From: Bdellovibrionales bacterium
GTDB taxonomy: Bacteria > Bdellovibrionota > Bdellovibrionia > Bdellovibrionales > UBA1609
Assembly (NCBI GenBank): GCA_965205365.1
Contig: CBDBGT010000011.1
Coordinates: 347,489 to 411,488 of the forward strand
DNA: 64,000 nucleotides
Direction of reading: 5' to 3'
A program made the position numbers and the translations under genes. Under the pieces are notes generated by a model. It did not search any database. It saw only the letters and a program-made list of their open reading frames with translations, and was not told the DNA's origin. Positions 31,303-41,886 of the stretch are shown here, piece after piece; within the stretch, counting starts at the first letter, position 1; the number at the start of each line of letters is the position of its first letter.

Positions 31303-31896
31303 ATGAAAACTTTAATAATAACGGTCATTACTTTAATGTCAATTGGATCATTTGCTGGAGGATCTCATAGGAGTCCTAATCAGCCCTGCAGGATGACACA
31401 TGCTACTCACTATACCGTAGAAGAGCATTTAAATAAAACTGGAGAAGGCCTGAATACTATTTTTAAACAAGATGCAATAGACAAATATACAAAAGGTTTT
31501 AAAAAATGGGAAGGAACCCAATGGGAGAGAACCTACGGTCTCAAAGACCTCTACAGGAAAGTTTTAGTACAAGTTCAGCTTGGTTTACGACAGTGTAATC
31601 TCTTTCCTCCTAGCTTTTCTATTATTGTATGGGGATCTCAAAATGAGACAAATATGAAAGATTCTGCAAAACTAAAATTTCCTAGCTCTAGATATGATGA
31701 CATTGGTTTCACTGAGTCTACTAATCCTAACTCAGTAGTATTTGCTTCAAAATCTAAAAACGTATCTATCACTGTAGAAGATAGAGGAGATCAGATGCAT
31801 ATATCAGCTGTTGTAGGTGAGGATATTATAACTACTAACATGTTTCCTATAAAAAGTCGTCTAAGCTGGTTCCTGACCCCTAAATCAACACTTTAG
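31303..31896 (+). CDS. Hypothetical secreted protein
   Basis: AAGGAG SD before the ATG at 31303 and a signal peptide MKTLIITVITLMSIGSFA. The longer ORF from 31249 is less likely. Confidence 0.45.
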   Translation: MKTLIITVITLMSIGSFAGGSHRSPNQPCRMTHATHYTVEEHLNKTGEGLNTIFKQDAIDKYTKGFKKWEGTQWERTYGLKDLYRKVLVQVQLGLRQCNLFPPSFSIIVWGSQNETNMKDSAKLKFPSSRYDDIGFTESTNPNSVVFASKSKNVSITVEDRGDQMHISAVVGEDIITTNMFPIKSRLSWFLTPKSTL

Positions 31897-32053
31897 ATAA
31901 GGCATGCTAGATTAATATAAAAAGTTTTCAAAATTAGAATTGAATGCAAAAATTCTAGCATGTCATTTGTTGACAAAAAATCTTTGTGCGAAGAGTTGAG
32001 TCTTCTAAAAAAAATGTGAAGACTTAAATTCTCATGAAAAGATTTTTTTAAGC

Positions 32054-32368
32054 GTGAAAGTTCTTTTCAAATCAATAATCGTTTTGTTTGAAATTCTAAT
32101 GAGTATTTTCTTAGAAAGGAAAACTACAAAGACTTCAAAAAATAGTTCTATTCCACCATCACAAACAAGAAAAGATAAGACATCTAAAAAGCAAGAAAGC
32201 TCTCAAAGTAAGGGGCCAAAATCTAATGACGACATGTTCTCTGAAGTCAAAACAACTGAAGAGATTAAAACTGCTGAAGTAAATTTTTGCACACACTGCG
32301 GGCAATTTTTCCAGGACTTAAGTTTTGGAGTAAGTCTAAACTCGGGTTATTTATTCTTTTTAATATAA
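32054..32368 (+). pseudogene. IS66-family transposase N-terminal remnant
   Basis: KNSSIPPSQT (compare KNSSNSSKPPSSD), followed by a basic stretch and a C.HCG zinc motif. It breaks off about 50 nt before queG. Confidence 0.45.
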
Positions 32369-32391
32369 TATATTAAAAAGATGGAGTTCAT

Positions 32392-33393
32392 TTGAATTTA
32401 ACAAAAATAACTACACTTTTTACTCAACAAGGGTTTTTAAATGTAAATCATGTTTCCTTAAGAAAAAGTATTTCTTTTAACAACTACAAAGCTCAAATAT
32501 GGAATGAAAACTTTGGAGGAATGAACTTCTTAAAAGATCATCTTTCTAAAAAAAACCCATCTCAACAAGAATTTGATTCAGCTTTCATGGCTCTTTACCC
32601 TTACTACCCAGCCAATAACAAACTTAAAAGCTCTCTTAAGGTTGCTTTATATGCACAAGAAACAGACTATCATCATCAAATCAATCTCAAACTCAGTATA
32701 ATAAGCAATGAACTTCATAAGCTTTACCCTAACAATAGGTTCTCCCACTCTGTTGATTCTGCTCCTGTTCTTGAAAGAGATCTTGCCTATAGAGCAGGGC
32801 TTGGTTGGATTGGAAAAAACACCTGTATTCTAAATAAAAAACATGGAAGTCTTTTTTATATATCAGAAATTCTAACTGATATTAAAGTACTAAATAAAAA
32901 TACACTCCAAACTGATCACTGTGGCACCTGCACTAGATGTATTGACGCCTGCCCTACTAAAGCCTTAAGCCCTAGAAAACTTGAAGTTACAAAATGTATT
33001 TCCTATCGAAACATTGAGGATAAGAGCACGTCTGTGGACTCACTAAATAAAAAAACAGATTCCTGGTTTTTTGGTTGCGATATTTGCCAAACTGTTTGCC
33101 CATGGAATGAAAAAGCTCATGGTAAAGAAAATATGCAGAATCTAAACACACCATTTAAGGTTACCTCTAAGGTTCTTAATGAATTAAAAAGTATTCTATC
33201 TAAATCCAATAAACAACTTGAAAAGGATTATAAGAAATTTCCTTTAAATAGAGCTCGAGGAGTAGGTTTAAAAAAAAATGCTTTAAAAATTATAAACGAA
33301 AATAAAATTTCTGAATTAAAAGACTTTTTAATAAAAGTTAAAGTATCAGATCAATTAAAAAAAATTAAAGACCAAGTTGTGCTTAATCTTTGA
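32392..33393 (+). CDS. queG: Epoxyqueuosine reductase
   Basis: Two ferredoxin-type clusters, CGTCTRCIDACP and CDICQTVCPWN, with a QueG-like N-terminal region. TTG start. Confidence 0.75.
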   Translation: MNLTKITTLFTQQGFLNVNHVSLRKSISFNNYKAQIWNENFGGMNFLKDHLSKKNPSQQEFDSAFMALYPYYPANNKLKSSLKVALYAQETDYHHQINLKLSIISNELHKLYPNNRFSHSVDSAPVLERDLAYRAGLGWIGKNTCILNKKHGSLFYISEILTDIKVLNKNTLQTDHCGTCTRCIDACPTKALSPRKLEVTKCISYRNIEDKSTSVDSLNKKTDSWFFGCDICQTVCPWNEKAHGKENMQNLNTPFKVTSKVLNELKSILSKSNKQLEKDYKKFPLNRARGVGLKKNALKIINENKISELKDFLIKVKVSDQLKKIKDQVVLNL

Positions 33394-33459
33394 TCTTTTT
33401 ATTACAATAAAAATTTATACTGTGTTTAGAATTAATAAAAAAATTCTCATAAAAAAAAA

Positions 33460-35466
33460 TTAGTGTTTAATAAAACCAGAAACTTCACCCTCTTTATTGT
33501 TGGATAAAATTTGACTTAAAAAATTTAAGCCAGGAGATTTTTTAAATTTATTGTTCTTATCATTGATCTTAGAATTTACACGATCTGTGAACAATTTATT
33601 AATCTCAGGGTTAGATTCACAATTTTTTAAAATACCAAGGCCAGTACTTATTCTAATATCCATATTACTAATACGTGCTTTTTCAAGATCTACATCTAAA
33701 GAGAAAATATCCATGAAAACATTGATTAAACTAAACTGTGCGGCATCGCCTTTTATTTTTGGAGTAGAACCTCGTCTTGTAGCACACTCATATTTATTGT
33801 TATGAATACGCAGCTGCCCAAACTTAGTTGAACTCTCATCTTCATTGAGTTTACCAAGATTTCCAAAAGAGATATTTAAGCTTGGAACTGGATCAATCAT
33901 ATTTTGAGAAAGAGTCAAAAGACCAACAGGTTGTGACCATGAAACAAGACCTTCAGGAATTATAAATTTTTTAATATTAACCTGCTCATGCTTAATGATA
34001 AGGTCTTTTTCGAAAGAACCTAATCGGCCAAGAGCTTGAAGACTAATAATTGATTTATTTTTAACTAAATGAAGCTGAACAGAGAGGCCTATAAGGCCAA
34101 AACTTTTTTTGTTTTGAGCATGCAGATTAGCAGCATCATTTAAACCAGTGTGAATTTCATTCATGGACATGACATCAAAATGTGTTTCAAAAATTTCAAA
34201 TGGCAACCTTGCTTGAACACCAAGGTCTTTTAAAGCATCAATATTTTTTCCAAGCTTGTTATCCCATGGGGTCAGATAAAGAGCTAGAGTAAGGGGTTCA
34301 TCAGTTAGCTGAGTGTTGATTTTTTTAAGTTGTTCTTTTAATACAGGGCCTAAACTCTTTAAGGATCCTAGTAGAAAACTCAAACTATCAGCTTCTGACA
34401 ACATAAGATTTGAAGCAAGCCTTTGTACCAACTGAGGAGCCATACTGTAAGCAAGTTTTTTAGCTTTTCTTAAAACTGGTGAGTCAGTTTCTTCAGATAC
34501 TGCAAGAACAAGAGCATAAGGATATCCTGGAACATCTACAAATAGACCAAGTTTACTTTCAGGTGTGTCTTCTTTCAAAGGAGGTTTTGTTATTCCATTT
34601 TTTTCATCTCTAAGATCTGCAAAACGTTTTTCTAGAATCCCACGTTCAGATAAAGCTTGAATAGTTGGACCTGCAACCGGATCGTTTGAAATCATTGTTA
34701 AAAACGGTACAGTACCTTTAAGTTTTTGAGAAGGTAGTTGATCAATGAGATCAAAAATTTCAGTGGTGCAGTTTGGCTTAAGTGTATTGTAGAATTTTTT
34801 AAATTTATTATTATGACTGGACTCTAAAGCACTCAAAAGAAGTTTTAAGCTTTCCTCCTGAGATAAATTTAATTTGTATTGCTCAGTCTTATTTTCTTTT
34901 GAATATTCTAAAAGACGCTGGTCTCCTGAGGCTACGCGACCAACTAAAAGATAATTGTCCACAACCCCTAAGGCAAAGTTATAATCGATACCTTTAGGTC
35001 GCGCCGCTTCATATGAAACAATAATATCATCAACCTTTATACTTTTGCTCTCAGAGGTAAGTTCAATTTCACTATGAGAAGCAAATTTTACTCTTAACTG
35101 AACATGGCCTGCTGTTATTCCAGAAACAATATTAAAACGAATCACCTGGACATAAATAGCTTCAACCACAGCTTTTTTAGAGAGCCTAGCTTTCCAATAT
35201 TTATTCTTGTGCAAATAGTTTTCAAAAACTAAATATTCAGATTTTTTTAAACTGGTAATTATAGCAGGTCTGAATCGTTTAGAGTCGATACATTGACCAG
35301 AGAATTTTTTAGCTCCACTGGTAATTCTTGTTGGCACTTCAAAAGCACTTTTAGTTATAGCACACTTAAGATCATCTACCCCAGCTGTTTTAGCAAGCAC
35401 ATGAGAACTTAGAGTTAAAAAAAATGAAAACAAAATTAAGACACGGTTTTGGTTTTTTAAGTTCAT
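33460..35466 (-). CDS. Large secreted hypothetical protein, possibly with a DUF4105-like N-terminal domain
   Basis: Signal peptide. GHVQLRV and YNTLKPNCTTEIFDLID resemble DUF4105 motifs; recalled from memory only. Confidence 0.3.
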   Translation of the reverse strand: MNLKNQNRVLILFSFFLTLSSHVLAKTAGVDDLKCAITKSAFEVPTRITSGAKKFSGQCIDSKRFRPAIITSLKKSEYLVFENYLHKNKYWKARLSKKAVVEAIYVQVIRFNIVSGITAGHVQLRVKFASHSEIELTSESKSIKVDDIIVSYEAARPKGIDYNFALGVVDNYLLVGRVASGDQRLLEYSKENKTEQYKLNLSQEESLKLLLSALESSHNNKFKKFYNTLKPNCTTEIFDLIDQLPSQKLKGTVPFLTMISNDPVAGPTIQALSERGILEKRFADLRDEKNGITKPPLKEDTPESKLGLFVDVPGYPYALVLAVSEETDSPVLRKAKKLAYSMAPQLVQRLASNLMLSEADSLSFLLGSLKSLGPVLKEQLKKINTQLTDEPLTLALYLTPWDNKLGKNIDALKDLGVQARLPFEIFETHFDVMSMNEIHTGLNDAANLHAQNKKSFGLIGLSVQLHLVKNKSIISLQALGRLGSFEKDLIIKHEQVNIKKFIIPEGLVSWSQPVGLLTLSQNMIDPVPSLNISFGNLGKLNEDESSTKFGQLRIHNNKYECATRRGSTPKIKGDAAQFSLINVFMDIFSLDVDLEKARISNMDIRISTGLGILKNCESNPEINKLFTDRVNSKINDKNNKFKKSPGLNFLSQILSNNKEGEVSGFIKH

Positions 35467-35673
35467 TTAAAATCCTTTCATCATATAAAATTCAAAAAGA
35501 ACTTAGCAATATATTATATAGAAAAAATTAGATAAACAAAAATCCTGATTGTGAAAAATTTACCTAGTTTAGCGTATATTTTACTACTATTAGACAAGTA
35601 ATTTGTGGAATAAAATGATTATTAAGGCCTTTTAAATAATATCCTTTAGTCTAAAGCATGAATATTTTCTACT

Positions 35674-36606
35674 TTACAAATTTTTACTAAAAAGCTCACC
35701 TACTTTAGACAATGCTTTTTTAGATTTTTCAAAATTAATAAGACTTTGTCTAAGTTGCTTTTCTACTAAATCTAAAGCCTCAACAGCCTTATTCACCTCC
35801 ATTAAACCCATATTCATTGATTTAAGTATGGCTGAAGAATTTTGAGCAGTATTGGCCTGCCCCTCCATCCATTTAAAGTAAAAAAGCTGCCAATAAAAAT
35901 TTGAAGGTGAAACAGCCCATACTCTTTTATCAATCATAAGCTGCCTAAGTTCATCCGATCTATAAACCTCAAATAAAGCCTCATCAGAAGGAAAAAACAC
36001 CAATCCAAAACTTGCTGATTCAATATTAGACTCTTCAATGGCAGAAGGATTATCCTTAACCCCTAAAACTCTTTTTCCCAAATACTTTGAAGAAACATCA
36101 TCAACTGCTTTTTTAAAATAAATTTTTGGATTTTTAGAAAATTTAGAATCTACAGGAACCCATTCTCCACCCACTTGAATTAAAAACTCAAGTCTTGATT
36201 GATTATCAAAAGTTATATTTTTTAAAAGTTTTCCTGGAGGAAGCTGTTCCACTAAAAGATCAAAAGTCAACTCTCCAACTTTTCCAGCATTTTTCTTTAA
36301 TGTTCCAAAGTAATCAAGAAGATGAGTCATTCCCTCATCAATGGGTTTTAAACGCATGTCCTGCTCTTTAAAAGATTTAAAGATATTTTCTTTTAAAATC
36401 TCAACATTTCTTGTGGCTTCTTTTATCTCTCCAAGCTCTTTGGAAAAAAGCATTAAAGAAGCGTTTATAGGCTGAGCATCATCAAAAAATTTAATGAATT
36501 TTTGATTCTGAATATTAAATTTTTTAAAGAGCAATATAATAAATAAAAAAACCGCACTGAAACAAAAAAGCCCTGCGCTAATAATTATAATTTCAAATGT
36601 AACCAC
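35674..36606 (-). CDS. rmuC: RmuC-like DNA recombination protein (short)
   Basis: N-terminal TM, a coiled-coil region, and a nuclease-like core (LEFLIQVGGEWVPVDSKF). Confidence 0.4.
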   Translation of the reverse strand: MVTFEIIIISAGLFCFSAVFLFIILLFKKFNIQNQKFIKFFDDAQPINASLMLFSKELGEIKEATRNVEILKENIFKSFKEQDMRLKPIDEGMTHLLDYFGTLKKNAGKVGELTFDLLVEQLPPGKLLKNITFDNQSRLEFLIQVGGEWVPVDSKFSKNPKIYFKKAVDDVSSKYLGKRVLGVKDNPSAIEESNIESASFGLVFFPSDEALFEVYRSDELRQLMIDKRVWAVSPSNFYWQLFYFKWMEGQANTAQNSSAILKSMNMGLMEVNKAVEALDLVEKQLRQSLINFEKSKKALSKVGELFSKNL

Positions 36607-36614
36607 TAAGGCCC

Positions 36615-37196
36615 TTATTTTTTAAGATTAGCTTCAACAAACTCCCAATTTACTAAATTCCAAAAACTTTCAATATACTTTGGGCGGGCATTTCTATAGT
36701 CAATATAATAAGCATGCTCCCATACATCACAAGTAAGAAGGGGAATGACATTCTTTGTTAATGGGGTTTGAGCATTTTCTGAAGTCATAATTTCAAATTT
36801 TTCATCCTCAGTTTTAACAAACCAAGCCCAACCTGAACCAAATTGACCTGCAGCGGCAGCAGAAAACTTCTCCTTAAACTGATTAAAACTCCCAAAAGCG
36901 TCAGTAATAGTTTGAGCAAGCTCACCTGTGGGCTCACCGCCACCATCTGGAGAAAGGGAATTCCAATAAAAAGTATGATTCCAAACCTGAGCTGCATTGT
37001 TAAAAAGCCCTCCTGAAGACTTTTTAATCACTTCTTCTAAAGTCATTTCAGCATAATGAGTTCCCTCAATAGCAGCATTAAGCTTACCGACATAACCGGC
37101 ATGGTGTTTGCCATAATGATATTCTAAAGTTTCTGCTGAAATATGGGGCGCTAAAGCGTCTTTTGAATATGGTAGTTCTGGTAGTTGAAAAGCCAT
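36615..37196 (-). CDS. sodB: Fe/Mn-type superoxide dismutase
   Basis: 193 aa with LEYHYGKHH, NNAAQVWNHTFYW and DVWEHAYYIDYRN motifs. Confidence 0.9.
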   Translation of the reverse strand: MAFQLPELPYSKDALAPHISAETLEYHYGKHHAGYVGKLNAAIEGTHYAEMTLEEVIKKSSGGLFNNAAQVWNHTFYWNSLSPDGGGEPTGELAQTITDAFGSFNQFKEKFSAAAAGQFGSGWAWFVKTEDEKFEIMTSENAQTPLTKNVIPLLTCDVWEHAYYIDYRNARPKYIESFWNLVNWEFVEANLKK

Positions 37197-37500
37197 TGAA
37201 ACCTCCTGATAATAAATTTATATACTTATAAAGAAAGAAACTAACAGATGAAACCCAATTAAGAAAGGCTATAATGTATGAAGTTAGTAAAAACCATTTG
37301 GATTAAAGTTAAAAAGTATTTAAAAATTAAGCAAAACCTTATGATTCCCACAGGCTCTACTAAGCAACAGGACCCTCAAACACTAATGAGTACAGATTTT
37401 ATAGCCATTTTTAATATTGCTAGAAAAGCAGGAAAAGGAACAAGTACTCTAATCACTCCCTTACTAGATTATACAATAGTAAACTACTTAACTAAAATTA

Positions 37501-38448
37501 ATGGAAAAAAAGTTAATGAGCTTGATTATGTCTAGTGGCTCATTCACTCCTTACTCCTTTAATGAAAACGCAAAAGATGATCTTACTTTAAAATCTCTTC
37601 TTAGAAAGAACCAGAATCATAGCTTTTCTATTTTTGGCTACCCTGATGATGAAGGAATTTTAAATAATGGAGGAAAAATTGGAGCAGCTCTTGGGCCCGA
37701 CGCCATTAGAACTTGTTTATATAAAATGACTCCGTCAAAAAAAATAAACACAATATCACTTAAGGACTTTGGAAACCTTTCTTTTAAAAACTTAAACCTT
37801 AAAGAGCGGCACGCTTATGCTTCAAAAAAGGTTAAAAACGAGCTCTCAAACAACAAAACCTGTATTTCTTTTGGCGGAGGTCATGACTATAGCTATGCTG
37901 ATGGTTCAGCTTTTTTAAAAAACTCAAACTCTTCTAAACCCTGTATTGTTAACTTTGATGCACATTTTGATTTAAGAAATTTAGACAAAGGCATTTCAAG
38001 TGGAACACCTTTTTTTAGACTTCTTAAGGAATTTGAAAATTCATTTAATCTTTATGAAGTTGGTATTCAAAAACAGTGTAACTCTCAAAATCTATTTGAT
38101 TTCGCTGACTCTAAAGAAAATATAAAAACTCTACACTATGACAATCTATACCCTAATCACTCTTTTAATTTTTCATACTTTAAAAACATTTTCCCAAAAA
38201 AAACAAAAGACTGCTATATTTCTGTGGATATAGATGGTTTTTCATCAGCCTTTGCACCTGGTTGCAGTCAATCCTGGCCTACGGGTTTTGATATAAATAG
38301 TTTTTTTAAAATGTTTGATTACCTAGTTCTTAACTTCAATGTTCAACTCCTTGGAATTTATGAAGTCTCCCCACCTCTTGACCACACCGAGCTCACCTCT
38401 CGCCTAGCTGCGCTCATCACCTATAGGTTTTTAGAACTAAAAGCATGA
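37501..38448 (+). CDS. hutG: Arginase-family hydrolase, probably formimidoylglutamase
   Basis: GGGHDYSYA, NFDAHFDLR and SVDIDGF metal-binding motifs. Confidence 0.5.
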   Translation: MEKKLMSLIMSSGSFTPYSFNENAKDDLTLKSLLRKNQNHSFSIFGYPDDEGILNNGGKIGAALGPDAIRTCLYKMTPSKKINTISLKDFGNLSFKNLNLKERHAYASKKVKNELSNNKTCISFGGGHDYSYADGSAFLKNSNSSKPCIVNFDAHFDLRNLDKGISSGTPFFRLLKEFENSFNLYEVGIQKQCNSQNLFDFADSKENIKTLHYDNLYPNHSFNFSYFKNIFPKKTKDCYISVDIDGFSSAFAPGCSQSWPTGFDINSFFKMFDYLVLNFNVQLLGIYEVSPPLDHTELTSRLAALITYRFLELKA

Positions 38449-39470
38449 GAAGTTTAGGTAGTGATAACCATTCAGGAGTTCATCCACAAATCATGAATGC
38501 TATTTTTCGTGTAAATAAAAATCATGAAGCAGCTTATGGCACAGACTCTTTAAGTAAAGAACTTAGCTCTACCATTAAAGAAATTTTTGGTAATGATTGG
38601 AGCTGGTTTCATTGTTTTAATGGAACAGCAGCTAATGTTATGTGTTTAAAAAGTTTAGTCCAAAGTCACAATTCAATCTTATGCTCTAGAATTTCCCACT
38701 TAAATCTTGACGAATGTGGCTCTCCGGAATTTCAAATTGGCGCAAAGTTAATTCCCATAAAGCACAATAATGGAAAGATCTGTCTTCTAAGCGCGGCTAA
38801 AAAAATAGTTCGTTTAGGAGATCAACACTATAGCCAAGCAAAAGCTCTTTCTATTAGCCAACCTACAGAGCTTGGCACTTGCTACTCAAAAAAAGAATTA
38901 GAAAATATTAAATTATTTTGCAAAAAAAATAACTTATTCCTTCATATTGATGGAGCAAGGTTTGCAAACGCATCTTTTTCACTAAACATGTCTTTTAAAG
39001 AAATTATAAAAAATGTTGATGCTATTAGTTTTGGAGGAACAAAAAACGGACTTTTAGGTTCAGAGCTTGTTTTAATTAAAAAAAATTTTGCTCAAAATTT
39101 TAAATTCATTAGAAAACAATCCATGCAGCTTCCTTCTAAAACCAGATTTCTAGCAGCTCAATTTATTGAATTTTTTAAAGATGACCTATATTTAAAAATC
39201 GCAGAGAGATCTTGCCTTATGGCAAAATACCTTAAAGAACAAATTCAACTTAAAACAAACCTAAAAATCAACTACCCTGTTGAATCCAACTCTGTTTTTA
39301 TAAACTTAAAAAAAAATTATATAAAAGAACTTAAAAAAATCATGTTTTTTTATATATGGGATGAGCACACATTTGAAGTTCGTCTTATGACCAGTTTTGA
39401 CACTACAAAAAAAGAAATTAATACTTTTGTAGAAAAACTAATATGTCTAACTAATGAGGACTCTTTATGA
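38445..39470 (+). CDS. ltaE: Low-specificity L-threonine aldolase family (PLP-dependent)
   Basis: N-terminal SDNHSGVHPQIM, HIDGARFANA and GGTKNG (PLP Lys). The ATGA overlap joins it to both neighbouring genes. Confidence 0.7.
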   Translation: MRSLGSDNHSGVHPQIMNAIFRVNKNHEAAYGTDSLSKELSSTIKEIFGNDWSWFHCFNGTAANVMCLKSLVQSHNSILCSRISHLNLDECGSPEFQIGAKLIPIKHNNGKICLLSAAKKIVRLGDQHYSQAKALSISQPTELGTCYSKKELENIKLFCKKNNLFLHIDGARFANASFSLNMSFKEIIKNVDAISFGGTKNGLLGSELVLIKKNFAQNFKFIRKQSMQLPSKTRFLAAQFIEFFKDDLYLKIAERSCLMAKYLKEQIQLKTNLKINYPVESNSVFINLKKNYIKELKKIMFFYIWDEHTFEVRLMTSFDTTKKEINTFVEKLICLTNEDSL

Positions 39471-40519
39471 CAAAAAATACACCTATAGAATACAGCAACT
39501 ACTTAGAACTAAAAACACTTCTAAACTCTCAACACCTTGAAAGTGCAAAGTTTCAAGATAAACCTGCCCATGAAGAAATGCTTTTTATAATTACCCATCA
39601 AACCTATGAACTTTGGTTTAAACAAATCCTCTGGGAAATTGATTCTTTTTTAACAATCTTTAAAGAAAACTCTATTAGCAATGAAAACCTTTCTAAGGCC
39701 GTGCATAGGATAAAAAGGGTAAATGAAATTTTTAAAGTTCTTATTTCTCAAATAACTGTTCTTGAAACTATGACCGCAATGGAATTTTTAGAATTTAGAA
39801 ACTACCTCTACCCTGCCTCAGGATTTCAATCTGCTCAATTTAGACTTTTAGAAAACAAACTTGGACTTAATAAATCTCAAAGAAAAATTCATGGAGGTTG
39901 CCCTTACCATGCGTTTTTAAAAGAAGAGGAAAAATCTGTTGTTATAGCCTCTGAAACAGAGCCTTGCGTTTTAAAAAGCGTTGGTGCATGGCTTGAAAGA
40001 ACACCTTATTTAAAAACTGAGGGGTATAACTTTTGGTCTGAATACAAATCTTGTGTAGAAAAAATGTTTTTTCAAGAAGATGAGTTAATTAAAAACAATT
40101 CTAAACTCTCAAAAAACGAAAAACAAAAGAGTTTTAAAAATATTGAGGAAACAAGAAAATCCTTTAGACAATTTATGGATAAAAATGAGTTTTTAAAAAG
40201 TACTGATTGGTCTTTATCTTTTAAGGCCCTTCAAGCTGCTTTATTTATTCAGCTTTATAGACATGAACTAAAACTTCAATCTGCTAATAGGCTTATTGAG
40301 CAGCTCATAGACTTAGATGAAAATATGACTCAATGGCGAAACCGTCACGCACAAATGGCACTTCGAATGCTTGGCCATAAAGTTGGTACAGGTGGCTCTT
40401 CAGGAGAAAAATATTTAAAATCAGCCGCGCAAGATCATAAGATTTTTGATGATTTCTTTAGACTCACTACGTTTTTCATTGATGGAAAAAAACTTTCAAA
40501 GCTCCCTGAATTAAAATAA
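39467..40519 (+). CDS. kynA: Tryptophan 2,3-dioxygenase
   Basis: TDO motifs YELWFKQIL, FRNYL.PASGFQS and VGTGGSSGEKYL. Confidence 0.8.
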   Translation: MTKNTPIEYSNYLELKTLLNSQHLESAKFQDKPAHEEMLFIITHQTYELWFKQILWEIDSFLTIFKENSISNENLSKAVHRIKRVNEIFKVLISQITVLETMTAMEFLEFRNYLYPASGFQSAQFRLLENKLGLNKSQRKIHGGCPYHAFLKEEEKSVVIASETEPCVLKSVGAWLERTPYLKTEGYNFWSEYKSCVEKMFFQEDELIKNNSKLSKNEKQKSFKNIEETRKSFRQFMDKNEFLKSTDWSLSFKALQAALFIQLYRHELKLQSANRLIEQLIDLDENMTQWRNRHAQMALRMLGHKVGTGGSSGEKYLKSAAQDHKIFDDFFRLTTFFIDGKKLSKLPELK

Positions 40520-40601
40520 TTTTTTTATACTCTTTTTCCTTTAAAACTAAAAATAAAAAGAACTTCTCGTTTTAGTTTTAAACCTCATGAGCTAAACTTC
40601 A

Positions 40602-41240
40602 TTAACTAAGGTTATTTTTTTTAAGTAAAACTAAATGATTATATGGATAGAATAAAAAAAAGCTTGCTGGAGAAATTTCAATGATCTCAAGTCCGTCTAA
40701 ATTATAATCAGAAATATGCCTTAACAAAGTAAACCCAAATAGTAGTTTCATTGGCAAATCCAGTAATTTATCAAACAACCTACTTAAGCCTTTTCCTCTA
40801 CAATGCATAATTATCATAATATGTCCTCCTGACTTACAACACGACTTAAGATCATTAATAAGCTTTTGAGGATTTGAAACAACTGTCATTACAGAAAATG
40901 AAACCACCATAGATGCATAATTTTGTATATTATCTTTTGGACAGTCTACAATATTATAAATATTAATATTCTTATTCTCTATTTTCATGGCACGTTGCCT
41001 AGATCTATGCACCATTTTATCTGAAATATCCAATCCTATAATATTCGTGTCACTAGGATAATGCTCTAAAGAATACCCTGTGCCCACACCGATTTCCACA
41101 ATATTTTCAGGAGAAAATTTTTCAATTGTTTTCATAGCTTTTTTAATTGCACCAATAAAAAAAGGTTTAAACATTAATTCATACAGCCATATAAAGCTCT
41201 CATAAAGTTTATGATTAGATTCTAAATTTATTCTTTTCAT
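40602..41240 (-). CDS. Class I SAM-dependent methyltransferase
   Basis: Motif I, EIGVGTGYSL; 212 aa. Confidence 0.65.
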   Translation of the reverse strand: MKRINLESNHKLYESFIWLYELMFKPFFIGAIKKAMKTIEKFSPENIVEIGVGTGYSLEHYPSDTNIIGLDISDKMVHRSRQRAMKIENKNINIYNIVDCPKDNIQNYASMVVSFSVMTVVSNPQKLINDLKSCCKSGGHIMIIMHCRGKGLSRLFDKLLDLPMKLLFGFTLLRHISDYNLDGLEIIEISPASFFLFYPYNHLVLLKKNNLS

Positions 41241-41241
41241 C

Positions 41242-41886
41242 TTAATTATATGGTAGCAACACAGCTCTTACAGGTGAAGCATCTCCGTTCTTAATTTTTA
41301 AAGGAAGAGCTATAAGTTGATATTTTCCTTGATTCACATAAACTAAATCAAGACCCTCTAAAATAGCCATATTCTTATCAGCTATAACTTGATGACAGTC
41401 TAAACCTTTAGAGTCAGCAGGATCAATTGAGGGAGTATCTATCCCAATAAGTTTAACCCCATTCTTAGCTAAAAACTTTAAAAGTATTTTAGATAAGGTC
41501 ACAAAGTCAGAGCTCCAAACATTATGATTATATGTGTTCGTTTTAATTAAAATTCTTGTAGTTTCTATAGAAAAATTATTAAAATCCTCGACTATAACTG
41601 TCCCTCCACGCCTTACAGTCCGACTTAAATCTATTACCTGACAAGATCCCATATAATAATCTAAAGACCTCTCCCCTATTCCCTCTCCATCTTTTTGATA
41701 ATGACACGGACCATCTGCATGAGCCCCAATATGAAGAGTCGTTTCCATTGATGACAAAGTCATATGATCACCCTTTTGTATATCATAAGCCATATTTCTT
41801 CTAAATTTTTTATCCCCTGGAAAAACGCTCAATTCACTACTAATTTCAGGAGAAATATCTATATACTCAACACTTTCTAAATCCAT
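41242..41886 (-). CDS. kynB: Kynurenine formamidase / cyclase-family protein
   Basis: Cyclase-family HxGxHxDxxxH motif (HIGAHADGPCH); 214 aa. Confidence 0.65.
   Translation of the reverse strand: MDLESVEYIDISPEISSELSVFPGDKKFRRNMAYDIQKGDHMTLSSMETTLHIGAHADGPCHYQKDGEGIGERSLDYYMGSCQVIDLSRTVRRGGTVIVEDFNNFSIETTRILIKTNTYNHNVWSSDFVTLSKILLKFLAKNGVKLIGIDTPSIDPADSKGLDCHQVIADKNMAILEGLDLVYVNQGKYQLIALPLKIKNGDASPVRAVLLPYN

Noticed and set aside
37278-37535. 85-aa ORF upstream of and overlapping the arginase-family gene
   Set aside because: It has no recognisable motif, overlaps the better-supported 37501 start, and probably lies in the sodB/hutG-like divergent promoter region.
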